Shown here: piece after piece, positions 38,132 to 50,776 of the stretch
How the letters are laid out: each line of letters starts with the position of its first letter
Position numbering within the stretch: the first letter of the stretch is position 1
Made by a program: the position numbers and the translations under genes
Source of the DNA: Geosiphon pyriformis uo1
Taxonomy: Eukaryota; Fungi; Glomeromycota
DNA: 64,000 nucleotides
Reading direction: 5' to 3'
Assembly: GCA_016748015.1 (NCBI GenBank)
Contig: JAAOMT010000762.1
Location: 558,001-622,000 of the forward strand
Notes under the pieces: generated by a model
What the model saw: only the letters and a program-made list of their open reading frames with translations
Databases searched by the model: none
Told to the model about the DNA's origin: nothing

Positions 38132-41100
38132 TGTTACAGATTGGAGTAACAAGTTAACAAATAGCAAAAAATACAGAATTGTAGAGTAATAAAATTAATT
38201 AAAGAGGATTCAACTTTAAAAAGTGAATTAAATAAGTATAGATTTAATGTATAAGATTAATTTTATAAAATATTTTAGTTGCTATTTTTTTCAAAGGATA
38301 ATTAGAGAATCTAAAAATAGAAAAATAGTCTATACTGTCAATAAATAATAATACACTGATATAATTCTATGCCTTATATTAGCACTTTTAGAATTTAATA
38401 TCAAGTATTAGATATACTTTTTAGTTATGTTTTATATAATAATTTTCAAATACTATAATTATATAAATTAGAAAAAAAGTAAGTAAATATTAACAAGTAA
38501 TCTTTTATCCCAAGATATTTAAATATTTGAAAGTAAGAAAAGAGAAATAAGCAATATGAAATGAATTAAGATAATAGTTGTTATTTTATTTCTTTTATTT
38601 CTTATATTTGATTATATTTTTTTATATTTAAAAGACTTATTGCTTATATAGCTATTAAAAGTAATGTTACTCATAAAATATAGGAAGTATATTAGCATAT
38701 AAATTAGCCAATTATAGGTAGACATAGTAAATATGGAATTCCAGGATTCCTTTCAGAAGAATTGCAGGATTCCAGAAATTACAGGATTCTCACATAATAA
38801 ATTGCAAGATTCCAGAATTCCAGGATTCCTCTCAAAGGAATTGCAGAATTTCAGAAATTTTAGGATTCCTGACATAAAGAATTAAGGAATTGAGGAATCT
38901 CAAATACGTATATATAGCAGTAGTATCAGAAGTTAGAAAATTAGTCAATGAAACTTAGAGTTAATTGATTCACAGAGTCAATTAGACTCATAGAATCAAT
39001 TAGACTCGCAAAATCATAATTATTAAAATTAAAAAAAAAAGAGAATCAACACAAAGAATCCTTAACTTAGTTACCACAATTCTCAAATAAATAATTATTT
39101 ATTATATCCAATTTATTTTTACTATCAACATTTTATGTTGATAGTAACTGATACTTAACCATACTAAAACAATAGCTCTTGATCATGGCTATTGATGGAA
39201 TACTAACTTGCAAATTGTCTTGACTTATTTCTTATTTTCTCTTTATCTTTTCTTTATTTTCTTTATTGTCTACTAACTTGATTAAAGGATTTACTCTTGG
39301 AGGACTTACAGCGAAATAAAACTTACTTAAAACAATACTTACTCTTGGAAAACTTATGGAGAAATAAACTTGCTTAAACAATACTTACTCTTGGAGGACT
39401 TATGGAGGAACTGATATCAAGAAACAGCACTAGTATACACTTACAGAAGATATCATATTAGGAGAATCATCAACCATCAAGTTGAGCAAGCCATCAACAA
39501 AACTATGGTTTTAGGAAACTACTGATAAACTGTTACCATTGAATCTTTGTCTATTATACAAAGAACTCAATTGGAAAACCTTCAGATAAAATATCTTCAG
39601 ATTATTATCGTCACCAATCACCTTGAGCACCAAGTTAAGGTTTGTTATTCACTCAACACCTCAAAGAATCACCTATAACAGTGGTTAATGACCAGATTAA
39701 TAACTAGATCAATAATCAAATTAACAGTTAAATTATTAATTAGCTCAATAATTTTCAACTGTAATATTATTTTTTTAAAAAAAATTAAGCTTTAGTAAAA
39801 TCAAGCTATTTATGAAATAATCTTATTAAAAAATTTTGTTTAATTTAAAACTAACTAGTTTAGTAAAGTTTTTTGTAAATAAGGTATATAATACTTGGAA
39901 TAAAATAAGTTTTGTATTCAAGAAACCAAATCTTTGTATAAGAGTTTTGGCTCTTTTGGCAATGGTCAAAATTCTTAGAACATTTAAATATATAATGTCC
40001 AAAATTTTTACTTGTATCTTTAAAGTTGTTTTTTTTATGAGTTTTATGTTTTTTATGATTTTACCAAGATAACCATAGAGTTTTAATTGTCTTTTATATG
40101 ACAAATTTTTTGTCTATAGGTAAAATTTTTTTAATTATTTTTTTAATTATAATAAAAAATAATAGTATGCTTGCTGTTATGCTTTTAAGTATATATTTAT
40201 TCATTTTACTACCAATTTTTTTTCTTCTAATAGTAGTTTTTTTTGGTTTAATAACAGTATTTGTTCTATTGTCATTAGTTATAGTAGTCTGTTTTCTAAT
40301 AATTAAAGTAGTGTTTAAATAATTTTTGATCCAATACTTATAGAAAATATAGAAAGTGTTTTGAATGTTTTAATTCAGAAAATAATTGTTCATATTAATT
40401 GAAGATATTTCTGTTTTAAAAATAGTGTATTTATTTATATCTGATTTTTGCTAATTAATTAAGTTGGTATTATTATAACAGATAATTAATTAGATTATTT
40501 GTAATATTTTTTGAATCATATATTATAAACAAGACAATTATTAAAAATTGTTTCATATTGATCTTATAAGATATAAAAAATATTGTTTAAAACTTTGTTA
40601 ATTAAAAAAAATTTTTTCATTGGCTAAAAAATTTATTATCATAGATATTATCTTTATTTAAATAGTATTCTAAATTACCAATATTTAAAAACAATATTTT
40701 ATAAGTTTTTTTCTTTTTAAGTTTCTCTTAGAACTGTTTTATCTTTTCAAAAACAATTATCTGTGCTTCTATTAATAAATTAAAAATAATATCAAGTCTT
40801 CTTTGCAAAATGTCTTTATAATTTCCTATTGTAATTTTTTTAAATTGTATTGTCTTAATATTAATTTTTATTAATAGTATTATTATTTATTCATAGAACA
40901 AATAAAAAAATTTATAACTTGTTATATTATAATTTACAGTTTTATAAACAAACAAAGCTGAAAACAGTATTTTGTTCCATAAGTTTGTTTTTTTATTGGT
41001 TTTGGCTAAGGTTTTATATAATGTTTTATTAAAATGTTCTATTAAGCCATTTGTTTGAGAATGATAAAAAAAAAAGTTTGTAATGTATTCCCATTTTTCT

Positions 41101-43887
41101 ACAAAGTTTTTTAACCAAAGTACTGAAAAAAGCTCTTTTTTTGTCAGATAAAAATTCTTTGAGACAGCCATGACAACAAATTATATTTTCATAAATAAAA
41201 TTGGCAATGAAGACTGCTGTTTAGTCTGAAGTGGCTCTTGCTTCTACCCACTTTATAAGATAGTTGGTAATTGTGATAATATATTTATTACCATCAAAAG
41301 TTATTATTAAAAGTCCAACAACATCTATGCCAATTCTGTTAAATGGTTAACCAATAGAGATTAAATGAATATCTTTTTTGTGATTAGGTTTTTTTTTTTT
41401 TTGGTAGATGTCACAGGTTTTGATGTATTCAGCAATATTTTTTCCAATGTAAGCTAATAATAATGAGCTAAAATTTTCTGTATTGTTTTTGTTTTTTCAA
41501 AGTGTTTAGCTAATGAATTAGTATGCATATTATAGATTATAATTTCTTTTTCTTCAAATCTGATAACTTTTTGGGAGTGGTTAGGATCTTTTCTGTTTCT
41601 TTTATATAATTAGTTCTGGTAAATCAAATAGAAATTTGATTGTTTGCACAATTGTTTTTTTTGCTGTTAAGTATATTCTGGTAGGTATTGTCTTTTATCC
41701 AAAAATTCTATTAATATAGAGTAGTTGTTCAAGTTTATTATTGTGTTTGTTTATGAAAATATTATTAATAATTAAGTTGGTTTAGTTGAAAAGTTGTATT
41801 ATTACTAGATGGTAAGTCTAGAAAAAGCATTGGCATTTTGATAATTAGCTCTTTTATGATGTTGAATATTATAGTCAAATTTATCCAAATAGAGTATTTA
41901 GCGAGTTATCTGTTTATGTTCTAACTTTTTTTTGTTGTATAGCCAAACTAAGACTTAATAATCTGTTACTATTAGGAATTCCACACCAAAAAAATATTAA
42001 TCCCAATAACTAATAGCTCAAAGTACTGCTAAGCATTCTTGTTTAATAACTAAATAGTTCTTTTCTGCTAGTATGAAAGTTTTACTAACATATACTATAA
42101 TATGTTCTTTACCAACTTTATCTTTCTGTAAGAAAATAGCACCAAGTTCATAGCCAGATACATTAGTGTGCAGGATAAAAGATTGGTCCAGATCAAGTTG
42201 TTTAAGGATTGGTTCAGTAACAAGTTTTTTTTTCAGAATTTCAAAAGCTTTTTGTTAATAAGTGTCCTAGTAATAATTAATATTTTTTCTGAGTAGCTAA
42301 TTAAGAGAAAAAATGATTTTGGAAAAATTCTTAATAAATTTGTGATAATAAAAAGCCAAACCAAAAAAAGAGCATAGTTTAAGAACATTCTTTGGTTGTC
42401 TAATGTTTTGGATTTTTTCAACTTTAACTGAATCAAAAAAGATTCTATCTTTTGTAATAAGATGACCAAGAAACTGGGTGGATTATCGTTCAAAGAAAGA
42501 TTTAATTGGGTTTATCTTAAAGCCAGCATTTTTTAGGAGGTCAAAAACTTTTTGTAAATGTTTTAGATATTTATCTCAAGTTTTTGAATATACTATTATG
42601 TCGTTTAAATAGACCAGAACAAAGTTTTTTTTTACTGATTCAAATACTTTGTCCATTAGGCATTAAAAGATAGAAAAAATATTAGTAAGACCAAAAGACA
42701 TAATTGTGAATTCATAGATGCTATACTTGGTAGTAAAGACAGTTTTTTTTTTGCTTTCTGAATCCATTTTTATTTGCCAAAATCCAGCAGTTAAATCAAT
42801 AGTTGAGAAGAAAGCAGCACTATTAAATTTGTCTAGCATTATATTAATCTTGGAAAGTAGATACATGTCTCTTATAGTGATGGCATTTAATTGGTAATAA
42901 TTAACACAAAAGTGTAGGGTTCTATTTTTCTTGAATATTATTACAACTGGAAAAGCTCATTCACTCTTGGTTTCTTGTATAAATTTAAGATTTTTCATTC
43001 AGATTATTTCTTTTTTGATAAACTTATTATTGTGTTAATTGGATTAATAAGGCTTCAAATTAATTAGGCAAGTTTTTCTGGTGGTAATAGTATGTTGTAT
43101 CACATAGTTTTGTCTAAGAATATTATCTTTTTTTGAGATAACTGGACTATTTCTAGTCAACAGATTTTTAATATCTATTTTTTTTCTTCTTAAGAGGGTT
43201 TTCTTTGTTCTATTACAAGTAATTGAATCTTAGATAATTCATTTTCAAAGAACTTTTATACTTCTCTTAGTTTTTCTCTTAGTATTAGACTAATGGGTTT
43301 TCAATTTTTGTAGTAGATTAGGCAGGATTTGCATTTATCACTAGAAGAATACAAGGGTTTATCACACCAGCACCAGACACAAAGGCCATATTACTAATAA
43401 CTGTATTTTGTTTTCTTGTTAGGTTTTCTATCAAAGGTTTTTTTAAAGATATTATAGTAGGACCAACAAATTAGCTTGCTATTTACAATGATTCTTTTTT
43501 TGTCAACTTTAATATTGTCTAATAGCTTGTTATTGCTAGTAAAGATAATATAAGTAAGTTTAGCAGTTTTTTTTTGTTCTTCTTGATTTTCTTTTTTATT
43601 GCTCTTTTTATTATCTGATTCATATAATTGCTTATCTTTTTGATTCTGGTTTGGTACTGGAAAAGTTGTCCAATAATGACACTTAACCATAATGGGCTTC
43701 TCACTACATCTAATAATTAGCTCACAAAGTTTATAGTCAAGTAGTGCTTTGGCTTTCTTGAACCATTTATAGCCAACAATGATAGTGTATTTTTTTGCTT
43801 TAAATACTTTTATATCAGTTTTAATGTTAATACAATTGATACAAACAGAAACAGCTTTGGCTATATTCAGACCTTTTTTTTTGTCAC
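38132..43887 (-). mobile_element. Second family-A element (A'): 3' LTR 38132-39766 split by a solo D LTR, ORF3, integrase, RNase H, RT, Cys-rich domain, protease cut at 43887 by element D
   Basis: Reverse complement is colinear with 22500-27317. ORFs 42663-42866 (FSTIDLTAGFWQI...SFGLTN), 40887-41171 (SQTNGLIEHFNKTL) and 43394-43927. Confidence 0.92.
38665..39680 (+). repeat. Solo LTR of family D (1016 bp, TGTTAC...ATAACA) with a 9-bp GAATTCCAG array (38735-38900) and a ~46-bp triplet repeat (39290-39410)
   Basis: TG...CA ends, flanks GTAA/GTGG as a decayed TSD. Homologous to the reverse of 43888-44074 plus 53948-54654. Confidence 0.88.
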
Positions 43888-45093
43888 TGTTATAGTTGAT
43901 TATTTGGGGTCTCAAATCAAATAACAAACCAGTAATTTGGTGCTAATTTGCTTGATAACATTGGTAATATCTGTAGATTATATGTATCTGAAGGTTTTTG
44001 GATAAAGTTTTTTGTATAATAAACAAAGATTCAAGTGTGTTTTTTTTTAATGATGTTTCTGTGTCAACCTTCAGTATTACCAGACAAAATTAAAGATATT
44101 GCTTAACATGAAATTACCCTTATAATTTTTATCATTAATTAGCATTTCAAATTATTACTTATTACATTTAGCAAAATACCTGAAATTATCATTTAATTAA
44201 TAACCCAATTTGTACATAACACAAATGTAAACTAATTGTGATGATCAATCATACAATACCCCAAACTATGTAACATTCAAGAGCTCACTGAAATTTGTAG
44301 AAATTCACTGAAATAATTGATAGTTCACTGAAATATTTAATAGTTCACAGAAATAATTTGTAGTTTACCAAAATGTATCTTTAGTGCAGCGAAATTGTAG
44401 AAATAAGCAAAGTTCAAGTTCATAGAATAGTGTTACGACAAGTTGTATAAAAGAAGAGCTTCTTTTTTCAAGAAAATGTATCTTACTTCAGATTTAACAA
44501 TTAGAATTATTCTTTACACACAAAAACAAAATAAATATCAAATAATTTGAAAAATCAAATCCTTAATTATTTTCTTTTTGAAATTAACCAATTCCTACTA
44601 AACAGTTTTGAAATTGATTAGCTATCAATTTCAATAAACTGTTAGTGACTTCAGGCCTGGATAGAAAATGTTTTTTTTAACAGAATTCTATTTCTTTTAC
44701 ATTTTTTTTATTTTCTTTCTTTTATTTTCTTATTATAATCATTAGGGTAGCCTACAGACGAGATTCCTGTAAAAAAGTTGACTTTCACAGCAAAGTAACT
44801 ACACATTTTTAGTGAGCTTCCAGATGAGCAATTCCTAGGAAAGAGTTGATGTTTACTACAACATAACTACACAAAGCAACTGGCACAGGATTGGCCATTC
44901 TACTTATAAGCCCAGCAGTTCAAATTATAAGAAATAATTTGAAAATAAATTCAGTTATCGGAGGTTCAAACACTTCTCATAGTTGTGAATTAACAGTATT
45001 ACAACAAACATACAAGAGCTAAGAAGAGACCAAAAACCTCTGGTAACATTTGGTGCTCTTCCATGGAAATAACACAGCAACAACAAATTCAAA

Positions 45094-47500
45094 GTGGCAA
45101 CCACACCAGACACAGCAACTCTAAAGTATTACCAGTCAATTTACACACACTGCAAGCAAAGATTCAACATTCCAGACGGAATTAAAGTTGTCAAGAAATC
45201 AGTATACCAATACATTGAAAACTACATCAACAATTATCTTTTTAGAAACTACAACATTTCAAAAGTTAGAAGCAACCTCTACAATAATTTAGTGCACTAT
45301 TTACAATTGGGAACAGAAGACCTGAACAGTGAAACACTTGCTACCTACTTTCAAGAACTTAATTTTAACATTATTGAGTATTGTGAAGAAAAATACCCAG
45401 TACAGTCTAAATACTCTTTTGACTTTGAATCAGAGACAAAAACAAGCAACAAAGACAAACCAAAATTGTAGCAATACTCAAAAACCACTCCAAATACTCC
45501 AATACTACCAAAAACAACTGCCAAACACTTACAAACACCTAAACAAGGAACCAGTTCAAAACTTCTACTCACTATTACACCTTTTCTAGCTTTACTTGCA
45601 CAAGCAGAAACTCTTAATTTATCTTTAAATCGATTTTCAAGACTAGAAGATTATACATTACTCAGAAGTCCCACCAGGCAACAAGAAACTCTTTAGACTA
45701 GTACTAATCTTCTTGACTATTTAGCAGAAAATACAAGCGAACACTCTGAAACATTAGCCAACAAAGAAAACGTTTCTGAATCCATTAAAGAAGAAGTAGA
45801 ATCTGAAAAAGAAAGTGAATTAATAGATAACAAGAAAGAAGACAAAATGACAGCTTATATTGCAAAAATTCCCGAATTTAATGGAGAAGATATTGAGACC
45901 AGTCCTCAAGAATGGCTTGACCAAGTTACTAAAGCTGGAGATGCAAATGGATGGAATGCTGCCAGAATGTTAAGAACAATTCCCTACTTTCTCAAAAGAA
46001 CAGCAGGCAAATGGTTCGAAAACTTGATCACCCCTTTTAATGACTGGACAGCTTTCAAAACTGCCTTCTTAGAACAATTCACTGATAACAGCACCTCCAT
46101 TACTCTTCAAAATTGTTTTCACAATATCAAACAAGAACCCTCCGAATCTGTCATGACTTATATTGGGAAATTCAACAAGCTTTTCAGACAAATTTGCCAA
46201 CTTGAAACTAATGATTATTATTTCGATGCTCAAATCTTGGATCAATTTATCACTGGTCTAAAGGATAAACTGATTAAAAAAGTTCACCCACATGCCCTAG
46301 AAAATTTAAACTCTGCCATACAGTATGCAAAGAGATACGAAATGGTCATAAAAGAGGCCAATCGCACAAAACTTGTAAACTTAGCCATTGAAGAAACCAG
46401 CTTAGCAGCTGAGGAGAAAATTGACCAACTCATAAAGAAAGTCGAAAACTATTTCACCAACCAACAACAACAGCAACCCCAAAGATATCAACCACCCCAA
46501 AGACAAAATCAAAATACTTTCACATTACCCTCTAATAACCAGTCTCAGAATTACCATTACTGTAAAATTTCTGGCCACTGGAAAAGAGATTGCAGAAAGT
46601 TACAATGAGACCAACAAAATAGAAGTAATCAACGTTACTCTCCACTACAGCAATCTTATTATCAACCACCACCACCAGCTTACTATCTACCAGACCCCAA
46701 TACCAAAATAACTATTATCAGCTCATCTCACAGCCAATCTAACAGCAATACCAACAATTACCCACACTATATTATCAAGTACCTGCTCAAAGATTGATTA
46801 CACAAAATCAATTCACACCACAAAACTGATACCAAGTAAACAACAATAGAATCAGTTCGAACAACCAATTGGTTCTCCAAAATTCCACTCAACCAAAACC
46901 CAACCACTATCACACTCAACCCAGTTATTTAACAATGCCAGAAGAACAGGATTTTTACCATACTGCACTTTCGAAAGGTAGAGCTGCAGCATAACAACAA
47001 AATCTTTCTCATAACCACACCACTATTCTATCAGCCAGAATTGCTGAAAATGCCAATCTCTCTGATATCTTTCCTTTCGAGTTTGAAGCCAATGAGTCAC
47101 CATTCCTGCTCAGCAATGCAGTTACCAATGAACAAAAAGCAATCACTGCTATGTACACTGAAGCAGAAGTCGAAGGAAAGACAATTTGCTTGATCCTAGA
47201 CAGTGGATCTGCCGGAAGCATCATCATCTACCAGTTGATGCAACAGTTAAAGAGAAATGTTGACCAACCAGCTCAGACAATAATTGTCATTGCTGATGAC
47301 ATAAAAAAGACTTCCATAGGAGAAATTGACAATTTTCCATTCACTCTTGATGGAATCACCATTCCAGTCAAAGTTCTTGTAATGAACATGCCCTAGTATC
47401 AAGCCTTTGTCGGAAATGATTGGCTCCAAAAAGCCAATGCAAAATTAGACTGAGAAACCCAAGAATTACAACTCTTCTATTAAAGACAACATCACCGAGT
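45094..47500 (+). pseudogene. Element C gag (N-terminal extension, capsid, decayed CCHC knuckle, Q/P/Y-rich linker) and aspartic protease
   Basis: IPEFNGED..PQEWL..ANGW, IKQEPSESVMTY, YHYCKISGHWKRDC, LILDSGSAGS. Scattered stop codons attributable to transitions. Confidence 0.9.
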
Positions 47501-48479
47501 ACCCACTACTTGTGGTATATTCAACAAACAATCAGAGAAAGCCCCTGTCTTCGAATTTGAAGAGGAGAAAGAAAAGCCTATAGTCAAAACATTTATGGCC
47601 CTTGAATCAACATCTAACTGGGCTGAAGAAACTGAGCAAATGTATTTTGCAACAAAATCATATTTAGAGAAACCAGAAACCCCTGAATAGAACATTCATA
47701 TTCTAAACCAGAACCAAAAAAATGACACTCTTATATTTCACTCAAATGCAAAAACTGTCACAAGAAACTCTCCTCAATGGGAGCCTGCATTTCACCTGAA
47801 GAAGAATATAAAAATCATACTTGTTATTACTGCAAAGCTTGCCACAGAGAATGATGGGGCCATCTAATAAAAAGAAGTGGAAAATGGGACAACACCTCTT
47901 GTTTGACTTGTGAAAATGCACTACCAAAAGAATGCAATTGAATTGATGTAGCAATGAGAGGAGGAGTCTGTGATCAAACCTGTCAATATGTTTTATCAAT
48001 TTCAGAGAAAGTCAAAAAAGGAACCCCTTTTGATGTTGCTTATAACAGCACCCTCAACAAACTGTACCATTACCTTCATGATGCCAAAATGATTTTCGAT
48101 CTAACAGTGGCTTTAATCAACGGAGCCACTCAAGAAAATGTTCGTCAAATGAAAGAATCAGAATACATTGCATACACTTTTGAAATCGCTGGATACAACT
48201 ACAAAGATGAAGTAAAAGTATATTACCAAATTGCCAGTCACATTTACTCGACCAAAGAAGCTCAAGCTCAATGGCTAGAGCAAATGAACATTAAATTGTG
48301 TAAAGAATGCATAATGCCTTGTGATGAGCAATGGTGCCCTGAATGCTATGCTCTTAGCATTTCTCTGCCTAGTGAAAATGATGAAAACAAAATTGAATTT
48401 AGAGAACCTGAGACAACAAAAAAAATTAAAGCAACACCCATCTATTTCATCAAAAATCAGCCTGCCTTACAACTCAAAT

Positions 48480-48890
48480 ACTTCAACAACAACGGACAAA
48501 GAATAAAACCTGAAAAAGCACATGAAATTAATGCCGGATATGACCTAAGATATTCAGACAAGAATACTCTTGTTCTCAAACCCAAATTTCTCACAAAAGT
48601 CAATCTCAAAATTGCCCTCGAAATTCTGCCAGAAGCAATGGTTCAAATCGCCTCCCAGTCTTCTCTGGTAAGCAAAAGAATCAATGTTAGAGTAGGAATA
48701 ATTGATGCTGGATATACTGGTGACATAACAATAATACTCCAAAATGAAACCAATAAACCTTTCAAAATTGAACATGCTGAAAAAATTGCTCAAGCCATCT
48801 ATTTAACATTTCAGGTTTACAATTAATCAATCAAAGAAAACAATTGGAAAAAAGTGAAAGAGGAACCCAAGGTTTTGGTTCAACTGGACA
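48480..48890 (+). pseudogene. Trimeric dUTPase domain within element C pol
   Basis: All five motifs present: AGYDL, IASQSSL (IA.RS.L), GIIDAGYTGDI, EKIAQ, ERGTQGFGSTG. Confidence 0.93.
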
Positions 48891-49319
48891 ATTCACAGTT
48901 CCAGTAAACATAGCTCTTAATGAACAAAGTGAATTTCACCAAATTCTATGACTTCCACAACCAATTACTATTTCACTCTTTGGAGAACACCCTAAAATTT
49001 ACACTTGTGAAAAGCCAATGACCACACAACAAATTTTTGAGTCCAATGAATGAATCTGCTTGGAACATAATATCTCGATCCCAAATATTTACATCCCAGA
49101 AGGAACAAAGAAAGTCTGAGTTACTTTTTACAACCCCAATAATTACCCCATAGTTTTACTAAATAACTTAGAAATTGGAGTTATTTACAGTAATATCTTT
49201 CAACAAGAATTACCCCAAACAGTCCCCAATTTTTCTGAAATTATTGGACATTCACTACCAAAAATCAACCCAAATCTCAGCTCTGAAAACTACCATGTTG
49301 TCATGGAAAAACTATCTCA

Positions 49320-50730
49320 AATCAATATGGGACAACTTAAATCACAACAACAGAGCCAGCTCAAAGAGCTAATTGCAGAATTTGCCGATATTTTTGCCAA
49401 AAACAACAATAACTTAGGAAGAACTGATTTGGTTCAACATCAAATTTACACAGGAGATGCCAAACCAAAATGACAGCAAGCCTACCGAGTTGCTCCAGAA
49501 AGTTACCAATTTATCTGCAAAGAAGTACAACAGATGCTCAACAATGGGCTTATTCAACCATCAATGAGTCCATAGGTCTCACTTATAGTCTTAGTTAAAA
49601 AGAAAAATGGAAAAATACAATTTTGTGTTGATTATCGACAACTCAACAGTGTCACCATTGGAGATGTCTACCCTTTTCCCCAAATTGATGATATGCTAGA
49701 TGCTCTTGGGAAGTCCAAATACTTTTCGACATTAGATTTAGAGAGTGGATACTAGTAAGTTGCCATGGATCCCAAAGATTGTCCCAAAACAGCATTCACC
49801 ACTCAAGGAGAAAATTATGAGTTCAATGTAATGCCTTTTGGATTATGCAATACACCAGCAACATTCCAAAAACTCATGGATGTTGTTTACAAAGGCCTCC
49901 TTTGGAAGTCAGTAGTCGTTTATCTTGACAATACTGATGTTTATTCTCCATTATTCGAATTACACTTAAAACACCTGCAAGAAGTTTTTCAATGATTATG
50001 AAAAGCAGGACTGAAACTCAACATTGAAAAATGCTACTTTGGAAAAACAAGCTTGGCCTTCCTTGGTTATATTATTAGTAAAGATGGAATCAAACCAGAC
50101 TCTAGAAAAATCAGCACTGTTAAAAACTTCAAAACTCCTCAAAACACTACAGAACTAAGAGGATTTATAGGGTTAGCTTCTTACTATTGGAAGTTTATCA
50201 AAGGATTCTCAGAAATTGCAAAACCTCTCAACCAGCTTATTACCAAAAACGTCAAATACAAATGGACTGCTGAACACCAAAACACATTTGAAATCCTCAA
50301 AGAAAAACTAACAACAGCTCTAATTCTCGCCTATCCAGATTTCAGCAACCAATTACAGTTAGCAACAGATGCCTCTTATACCACCTTTAATACCATTCTA
50401 TCACAGTTAAATGACAATGAAAATGAGCAAATAATTGCTTATGCTAGCAGAACATTGAAACCAGCTGAAAAGAACTATCCTGCAACAGAATTAGAAACTG
50501 CAGCAGTAATCTGGGCCCTACATCATTTCAACCTTTATCTCAGACCCAAAGAATTCGATATTATCACTGATAATATTGGACTTAAATGGCTTCAGAACAA
50601 AAACACTTAGCTAAATACAAAACAAATCTGATGGACAGAATTTTTAGCCAACTACCAATATATTGTACACCACAAATCAGGAAAACTCTATACCAATGTT
50701 GATTGTTTCTCAAGAATAAGGCAAGATTAG
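49320..50730 (+). pseudogene. Element C reverse transcriptase and RNase H
   Basis: FCVDYRQLN, FSTLDLESGY, MPFGLCNTPATFQ, VYLDN (YLDD), LATDAS, AYASRTL..AEKNY...ELE. Ends NVDCFSRIRQD* at 50730. Confidence 0.95.
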
Positions 50731-50776
50731 AATAGAAAACCAACACCCATTTAAATTAACAACAAAACAACAAACA

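Noticed and set aside
11889-40322. Many 60-90 aa I/K/N/F-rich ORFs in the ORF track as real genes or membrane peptides
   Set aside because: They are by-products of AT-rich decayed transposons, often antisense to TE frames (for example 26040-26252 and 40098-40322).
48480-48890. Host dUTPase (DUT1) gene, or dUTPase as a counter-defence to the C>T mutator
   Set aside because: It is intronless and embedded in pol in three elements. dUTPase cleans the nucleotide pool and would not prevent cytosine deamination in DNA.
50715-50730. Ty1-like +1 programmed frameshift (ATA AGG C) joining RT and integrase
   Set aside because: The integrase frame is open back to 50720 in this copy, but neither the motif nor the phase is conserved in C', D, A or A'. 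Not fully excluded for C alone.
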